Shown: piece after piece, positions 39,027-43,986 of the stretch | How the letters are laid out: each line of letters opens with the position of its first letter | How positions within the stretch are numbered: the stretch's first letter is position 1 | Source of the DNA: Candidatus Shapirobacteria bacterium | GTDB taxonomy: Bacteria; Patescibacteriota; Microgenomatia; UBA12405 | Assembly (NCBI GenBank): GCA_003250375.1 | Contig: QKGR01000019.1 | Location: 1-43,986 of the forward strand | DNA length: 43,986 bases | Direction of reading: 5' to 3' | Notes under the pieces: generated by a model | The model's input: the letters and a program-made list of their open reading frames with translations, nothing else | The model's database searches: none | Told to the model about the DNA's origin: nothing | Program-made: the position numbers and the translations under genes

Positions 39027-39055
39027 ATTATAGATTATATGACCTATAATGTCAA
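39027..39055 (-). promoter_or_regulatory. Consensus sigma70 promoter TTGACA-17-TATAAT
   Basis: Plus-strand ATTATA 39027-39032 and TGTCAA 39050-39055. Confidence 0.8.
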
Positions 39056-39223
39056 GTACTAGGATAGTATTTACTTAAAAGAATACTAAGATTCTGATGA
39101 GTAAGAGATGTGTATTGGATTGTAAATGTACGGAAAGATAGGATAAAAGCTCTTCCTTCGACTAGCTAAGGATAAAGCACTTATCCTATCCCCTCCAAAG
39201 AGGAGGGGAAGGAGAATTAAGAA

Positions 39224-39862
39224 TTAAACACGAAGCAACTTTTTGATGGAGAAGAAAAGGCCAGTAGCAAGAGTAGATCCTAGGCCAACGAGGGCGAAAG
39301 GATTGGCACCAGTTTCGGGCAAGCTTTCGGTGGTAGTGGTCGATTGACCATTGCCAACGAAGAAATGAGATTCATCACAGTCGGAAGAGCCGGATTCGGC
39401 CAAAACGCAGACTTTGTTGACTTTCTCTGTGAGAGAAGCGGGAATAATAGTAGCGTCTTTGGTTTGAACACGGATGACAGTGGACTGTTCTTCACCAGGT
39501 CGGATTTCGGGGATTTGCCAGTTGATAGTGTAGTTGTCACTATTGAAAGAGGCACCTTCACGTCCGAAAACGTAGCTAAGGACACGGGGTAGGGAATCGG
39601 TGACCTTGACCCAGGTTAAATTGCGATTACCAGTGTTTTTGACGGTAATTTTGAATTCGAATTGGGTATTTGGGCCGAAAACCATGTAGGAAGAAGGATA
39701 ATTGTCCTGCCAGTCGCCTTCGGATAAGCCTTTGATTTGCTTGTCGACGACGATTTGGTTGACTTCCTCATCGGGTTGGTAATAAGCGTTGGCAGCTTTT
39801 GGAGCCATAGAAGAGACCAAAAGGGCTGCGCTAAGAGCTAAAAATTCCACCTGCTTTGTCAT
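39224..39862 (-). CDS. Secreted DUF11-like Ig domain protein with LPxTG sorting signal
   Basis: Signal peptide from MTKQVEF, FKITVKNTG..VKVTDSLP, C-terminal LPETG + hydrophobic helix + KK; promoter TTGACA-16-TATAAT at 39894-39921. Confidence 0.8.
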   Translation of the reverse strand: MTKQVEFLALSAALLVSSMAPKAANAYYQPDEEVNQIVVDKQIKGLSEGDWQDNYPSSYMVFGPNTQFEFKITVKNTGNRNLTWVKVTDSLPRVLSYVFGREGASFNSDNYTINWQIPEIRPGEEQSTVIRVQTKDATIIPASLTEKVNKVCVLAESGSSDCDESHFFVGNGQSTTTTESLPETGANPFALVGLGSTLATGLFFSIKKLLRV

Positions 39863-39886
39863 ATTTAGATTTGAATAAATATTATT

Positions 39887-40237
39887 ATGGGGTATTATAT
39901 CAACAATATAGGACATGTCAAGTTGGGGTGGAGGGAGGGTGAGTATTATTGTCAAATATGCAACGAATGGCATCCACCAAGGAACGGGCAAAGAGTCTAC
40001 TTGGACGCTCATTCTTTGGATCGGAGTCATACTGATGCTGGGATGTGTGTTTGTAGAAACAACGGAAATGGAAATTGTCACGATAAGATACATAAAACAG
40101 CCCAAGAGCCTGAGGAGGTTAGAAGAGTGTCGGAGACGGCGGCACAGCTGGCTGGTTTGGCTTGGGCATACCAAATGATAGAAAATGGTGAGCCTGAAAG
40201 AAGGATTAGAAGACTGTTGAATCGAAGACCTTATTGA
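39887..40237 (+). CDS. Possible degenerate HNH-like zinc-binding protein
   Basis: CQIC...LDAH...CVC...CHDKIH pattern; start uncertain. Confidence 0.4.
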   Translation: MGYYINNIGHVKLGWREGEYYCQICNEWHPPRNGQRVYLDAHSLDRSHTDAGMCVCRNNGNGNCHDKIHKTAQEPEEVRRVSETAAQLAGLAWAYQMIENGEPERRIRRLLNRRPY

Positions 40238-40272
40238 TTGAATGGGGGCGGATTGCAATCCGCCCTTACAAA

Positions 40273-41160
40273 TTATTGGATAGTGCGGATGAACTCATGA
40301 AGTTGCTGGGAATATTTGGGATCCTTGAGAGCGAGAGTGATGTTGGCTTTGAGCCAGGTAAGAGGGTCGCCGCAGGCGGACCATTGGGAGCCGGAGGCTT
40401 GATAGTCCAATCCCATGATGACTCCATCTTGGGCAGCAGTATTGAAGGCGTTGGTGAGCCAAAGTTCACCTCTGTCGATGGCAGTATTTTCTAAAATTTC
40501 GATAATTTTGGGACTAACTATAAAACGAGCACCTTGGCCGTAGTTGGAAGGGGCATCTTCGAGTTTTGGTTTTTCGACCATGGAGTCGACTCGAAGAGGA
40601 TAATTTGGATCGTCTTTGAATTTTAGAATACCCATGGAGGGGATTTGCCAATCGGGAATTTGTTGGACACCGATGAGGGCTTGAGGCTGATATTGGTTGT
40701 AAGTTTGAATTAATTTGGTGACAAAAGAACCGGGAGTGTCCTCGATGGTGAGGTCGTCGCCCCAGAGGTAGATAACGGGATCCTGACCAATGAAATTTCG
40801 GGCAACTAAGAGTGGTGTGCCGTTGCCATAGGGAAAATCTTTGGTCTGAGGTAGGAATTCGATGTGCTTAATGCGGTCCATCATACGACGCCAAGAATCG
40901 AGTTTGTCGGATTTGCCGGTGTCGGCAAGATATTGTTCGAGAAGTGGGTTGGGTTGGAAATAGTCTTTGATGGTAGTGTCGTCTTCGCGGTGGACAATGC
41001 AAAAATCGGTAATGCCGGCTCCTAAGAGTTCTTCAATGACCCATTGAAGCTGGGGACGGTCGACGACGGGGATGAGATGCTTGGCATAAGTTTTAACAGC
41101 GGGAAGAAAACGGGTGGCCCAACCGGCCACTGGGACGACAGCTTTAGTGATGGGTGTCAT
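40273..41160 (-). CDS. galU: UTP--glucose-1-phosphate uridylyltransferase family
   Basis: KAVVPVAGWATRFLPA, WGDD, MVEKP..APSN, GELWLT. Confidence 0.8.
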   Translation of the reverse strand: MTPITKAVVPVAGWATRFLPAVKTYAKHLIPVVDRPQLQWVIEELLGAGITDFCIVHREDDTTIKDYFQPNPLLEQYLADTGKSDKLDSWRRMMDRIKHIEFLPQTKDFPYGNGTPLLVARNFIGQDPVIYLWGDDLTIEDTPGSFVTKLIQTYNQYQPQALIGVQQIPDWQIPSMGILKFKDDPNYPLRVDSMVEKPKLEDAPSNYGQGARFIVSPKIIEILENTAIDRGELWLTNAFNTAAQDGVIMGLDYQASGSQWSACGDPLTWLKANITLALKDPKYSQQLHEFIRTIQ

Positions 41161-41171
41161 TACTTATGATA

Positions 41172-41272
41172 TCAGTTATTCAGTTATTCAGTTAATCAGT
41201 TAATCAGTTAATCAGTTAATCAGTTAATCAGTTAATCAGTTAATCAGTTAATCAGTTAATCAGTTAATCAGT
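41172..41272. repeat. Octamer tandem repeat (TCAGTTAA/TCAGTTAT), about 12.6 copies
   Basis: Directly visible; a shorter run of the same unit lies at about 30935-30958. Confidence 0.95.
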
Positions 41273-41327
41273 GGTGGTGCCTGTATGGAGAAGAAATGAA
41301 TTTAGAATAATAGTGGTAGAATGGGGT

Positions 41328-41489
41328 ATGGGAGATAATGAAAAAGTTAGCCAGAAACCACAAGAAGGAGATGTTGGAGTAACTGGTGTACCAATTAGTT
41401 CTGGAGATGTCGTTCGAAGAGAGATTCCACCAGGAAGAGATGCTAAAAATCCGCAAAATGAATGGCCTAGAAGAATAAGGAAACCATAG
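41328..41489 (+). CDS. Small hypothetical protein
   Basis: MGDNEK start 5 nt after TGGTAGAAT. Confidence 0.4.
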   Translation: MGDNEKVSQKPQEGDVGVTGVPISSGDVVRREIPPGRDAKNPQNEWPRRIRKP

Positions 41490-41546
41490 TTAACCTAAAT
41501 ATAGAAGTATAGAAATTCATTTGCTACAATAAGCGGTAGACTTTAT

Positions 41547-41618
41547 GGGCCCATAGTCCCGATGTGTATCGGGATAAACTACGTTGGTAGCGCGGTCCGA
41601 TGTCCATCGGACAGGTCA
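41547..41618 (+). pseudogene. Degenerate 5' copy of tRNA-Ala interrupted by two hairpins
   Basis: GGGCCCATAG-[TCCCGATGTGTATCGGGA TAAAC]-TACGTTGGTAGCGCG-[GTCCGATGTCCATCGGAC]-AGGTCA. Confidence 0.75.
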
Positions 41619-41668
41619 TTATCAACCGAGTCCTTTTTAAAATTAAGTAAGTCCTTGATATTAAATCA

Positions 41669-41741
41669 GGGCCCATAGCGTAGTTGGTAGCGCGTCCCCA
41701 TGGCATGGGGAAGGTCAGGGGTTCGAGTCCCCTTGGGTCCA
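41669..41741 (+). tRNA. tRNA-Ala(GGC)
   Basis: Cloverleaf GGGCCCA...TGGGTCCA with G3-U70, anticodon stem TCCCC/GGGGA, loop ATGGCAT, GTTCGAG T-loop; no encoded CCA. Confidence 0.95.
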
Positions 41742-41745
41742 CTTC

Positions 41746-42021
41746 GTGAATAAAGGGGTTGTTTACATCTTGAAATCACAAACGAATGGTAGATATTATA
41801 TTGGAAGTACGGATGATCTTGATCGGCGTTTGAAAGAACATAATTCTGGAAATTCAAAATATACTTCAGAATCCGGCCCTTGGGAAATCGTGTTTTGTCA
41901 AACATATAAATCTTTGAAAATGGCAAGAACTATTGAATACTGGTTGAAAAGGCAAAAAAGCAGAGTCCTTATCGAAAGAATAATAGTAGATAAGGAGATT
42001 AAGAAGATTGTTACAAGCTAG
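41746..42021 (+). CDS. GIY-YIG nuclease
   Basis: VYILKS...YYIGST.DL.RRLKEHNSG..KYT, EYWLKRQKSR. Confidence 0.92.
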   Translation: MNKGVVYILKSQTNGRYYIGSTDDLDRRLKEHNSGNSKYTSESGPWEIVFCQTYKSLKMARTIEYWLKRQKSRVLIERIIVDKEIKKIVTS

Positions 42022-42079
42022 TGCGGTCCGATGTCCATCGGACAGGTCAGGGGTTTTTAGTCCCCTTGGGTCCACTTCG
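42019..42079 (+). pseudogene. Degenerate 3' copy of tRNA-Ala, anticodon arm replaced by a hairpin
   Basis: TAGTGCG-[GTCCGATGTCCATCGGAC]-AGGTCAGGGGTTTTTAGTCCCCTTGGGTCCACTTCG. Confidence 0.8.
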
Positions 42080-42224
42080 ACTCGCTTTGCTCGCTCAGTG
42101 TAAACACCTGATTCCTGGTATATATGTATTGAAACCTTGTTTTTTGAAGTGCGCTTAGTCGAAACCCTGAGCGTGGTGAGCGGTAGCGAACCAAAGTCGA
42201 AGGGCTGTAAGTTTTATGTGTGAT

Positions 42225-42485
42225 ATGGAGATAACTGAATGGTATGTATATATTCTTCGATGCTCCGATTCTTCCTATTATGTTGGTATATCTCCTGATG
42301 TTGCGAAGCGTGTAATGCTTCATAATTTAGGAAGAGGTGCTAGGTATACAAAAGATCATCGACCTGTTGTGCTAGTTTACTCAAGAAAATATTCAAGTAA
42401 GTCTGAAGCGAGGAAAAGAGAGATACAAATTAAAGGTTGGAGTCGCTTAAAAAAAGAGAAATTAATAAAGGGCGAGTTTAAGTAA
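42225..42485 (+). CDS. GIY-YIG nuclease (UPF0213/YhbQ-like)
   Basis: WYVYILRCSDSSYYVG, HNLGRGARYT, ARKREIQIKGWSR.KKE.LI. Confidence 0.92.
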   Translation: MEITEWYVYILRCSDSSYYVGISPDVAKRVMLHNLGRGARYTKDHRPVVLVYSRKYSSKSEARKREIQIKGWSRLKKEKLIKGEFK

Positions 42486-42486
42486 C

Positions 42487-43230
42487 TTATGGCTGGAAAT
42501 CGTTGGGGCAAGAATCGGGAGAAGTGGGCATTTGGTTGATGCAAGATTTGATGCTTTTGACTTGAGGATATTGCATGGCTGTGAGGAGGGCAGAAAGACC
42601 CATACATTGGAGGCGAGTGGAACCACCGCCGTAACTTTGAACAGAGTCAAAGTAATTTATGAAGAGAGTGCCATTGGAGTCGAGGTTCACCTCATTGACT
42701 CCACCGATTTGATTCTTAAATTTACTTTGAGTTCTTTGTTGATAATCAGCAATTTCCTTTGAGTTTGGATAAGAGGCGTAGGGCTTGGCGGCCATAAGGT
42801 GCATTGTTTCGAAAATAGGACGAGCATTCTTGGGAATATAGTCAATTATTGGTGTTGGCTGGTAGGATCCTGCGATGTCGATACAATTAAACATGTAAAC
42901 AGGTTTTGTGGTGTCGATGCTTTTAGTAGTTGGTAGGGGAGGGAATTTGACATTCTTTACATAGTCGTAAATTTGGTGAGTTTTGAAGTATTGGATTTGG
43001 TCGGCTGTGTAGATTTTGTCCAAAGAGAGGGTGTTTTTGGTGTCGATAGTGGGAGTGGGGGAGGAAGTGGCTTTGCTGGGGTTGGGGCTAAGATTTTTAT
43101 AGGGAGTGGGGGTAATTAGACCAATGGTGAATTGTTTGGAAATTGGGGTGCCTTTGGAGGTGGAAAAGACGAAAAGAGCGGAGATTAAAATAACTGCTAG
43201 AGGAAGAATAAATGCTAGTTTTGATCCCAT
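42487..43230 (-). CDS. Membrane-anchored protein with GerMN-like C-terminal region
   Basis: N-terminal TM, P/T-rich linker, GGGSTR...TAMQYPQVKSI; start MGSKL at 43230. Confidence 0.6.
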   Translation of the reverse strand: MGSKLAFILPLAVILISALFVFSTSKGTPISKQFTIGLITPTPYKNLSPNPSKATSSPTPTIDTKNTLSLDKIYTADQIQYFKTHQIYDYVKNVKFPPLPTTKSIDTTKPVYMFNCIDIAGSYQPTPIIDYIPKNARPIFETMHLMAAKPYASYPNSKEIADYQQRTQSKFKNQIGGVNEVNLDSNGTLFINYFDSVQSYGGGSTRLQCMGLSALLTAMQYPQVKSIKSCINQMPTSPDSCPNDFQP

Positions 43231-43278
43231 GACTGATGGTAGCACAAATTTTGAAATTAAGGTAAAATTCATGCACTT

Positions 43279-43349
43279 GCGGGTGTCGTTCAATGGTAGG
43301 ACTGCGGTCTCCAAAACCGCCAATAGAGGTTCGATTCCTTTCACCCGTG
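43279..43349 (+). tRNA. tRNA-Trp(CCA)
   Basis: GCGGGTG...CACCCGT-G, anticodon stem GCGGT/ACCGC, loop CTCCAAA, GGTTCGATTCC. Confidence 0.95.
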
Positions 43350-43360
43350 CTAAATAAATC

Positions 43361-43467
43361 GAGGTTCGATTCTCTGCCTGAGGCGGATAAACTTTTCACC
43401 CGTGCTAAATAAATCGAGGTTCGATTCTCCGCCTCGTCGGCGGATAAACTTTTCACCCGTGCTAAAT
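43361..43467 (+). repeat. Two tandem copies of the tRNA-Trp 3' end, each with a hairpin in the T-arm
   Basis: GAGGTTCGATTC-[hairpin+TAAA]-CTTTTCACCCGTGCTAAAT at 43361-43410 and 43416-43467. Confidence 0.9.
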
Positions 43468-43706
43468 TATCCTTGGGAACATTGGGAATTTCGTCTAACC
43501 CAAATTTCGGTTCTTTTTTGATCGAAAATAATGGCATCTTGCTCGCCGCAACCTGCACAAGCACTCTTTATTAGATCGGGGAGATCTTGTTCTCGATTGG
43601 CCAAGCCCATGGCTTGGAGGATGGCATTGCGAATATTTAGGCAGGCAGGTGTGCCTGGTGAATTGACTTGAATGTATTCTGTTTTGTTGATTTCGCTAAT
43701 GGTCAT
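43467..43706 (-). CDS. Small hypothetical protein with CxxC
   Basis: MTISEINK start 5 nt after TATAAT; CAGC motif. Confidence 0.45.
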   Translation of the reverse strand: MTISEINKTEYIQVNSPGTPACLNIRNAILQAMGLANREQDLPDLIKSACAGCGEQDAIIFDQKRTEIWVRRNSQCSQG

Positions 43707-43849
43707 ACTTAAATTATATAAGTAATATGTGTAGAAAATACGTATTATTACAGCTTTATTATATTTTTTTAACATTTGAGAAATTTAATTTAGAATGATG
43801 GAATCGTTTTGTTATTAAGTAGGTTTGGGAGGAATGATAAGATTTAAGA

Positions 43850-43986
43850 ATGAAGAGAGATTTGGTGATTATTGTGACGGGGATACATAATGAGAATTTT
43901 GTGCCCAAAGCAATCGATTTGATGGCCTGGAGCTTGAGATGGAGAGGAGTGGAGGCGGAAGTGTTTAGGATGCATTGGCAATCGGA
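43850..43986 (+). CDS. Partial ORF, possible alpha/beta hydrolase N-terminus
   Basis: MKRDLVIIVTGIHN...FRMHWQS runs off the window end. Confidence 0.45.
   Translation, partial: MKRDLVIIVTGIHNENFVPKAIDLMAWSLRWRGVEAEVFRMHWQS

Noticed and set aside
39863..40258. Long N-terminal extension of ORF 39224..40258
   Set aside because: A promoter at 39894-39921 and a signal peptide starting at 39862 indicate the shorter gene
41547..41618. Intron-containing or split functional tRNA
   Set aside because: An intact tRNA-Ala is adjacent; the copy lacks an anticodon and T-arm, and its inserts are dispersed hairpins
43321..43467. CRISPR-like array after tRNA-Trp
   Set aside because: The repeats are tRNA 3'-end copies and the inserts are related short hairpins, not unique spacers
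43097..43564. 155-aa ORF with repeated LARVKSLSA
   Set aside because: Antisense translation of tRNA-Trp and its duplicated 3' ends

Overview
A 44-kb chromosomal segment that, from gene content and style, most likely comes from a Patescibacteria/CPR bacterium of the Microgenomates type (inference: reduced uL1, many genes with a -10 box right before the start codon, LPxTG protein, standard code 11). Housekeeping genes are pyrG, the secE-nusG-rplK-rplA-rplJ-rplL cluster (fragmented by inserted genes), murF, a Ddl-like ligase, pyrE, nrdR-nrdJ-pduO, thyX, glyA, manC, galU, tRNA-Ala(GGC) and tRNA-Trp(CCA). They are interleaved with many orphan ORFs and a block of nucleotide-acting enzymes. The non-coding DNA is unusually informative. 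It holds an L10 leader, tandem NrdR boxes, a cobalamin-riboswitch-like element before an unknown gene, and a ~610-nt structured leader RNA with two identical 50-nt hairpins before a GC-rich lipoprotein gene. It also holds a gene flanked by a perfect 49-bp direct repeat, tRNA fragments duplicated and invaded by small hairpins next to two GIY-YIG nuclease genes, and several REP-like repeat families. Some REP-like copies sit in frame inside essential genes (pyrG, nrdJ, pduO, glyA), and a RAYT transposase is encoded in the window. All calls come from reading the sequence; no searches were run.
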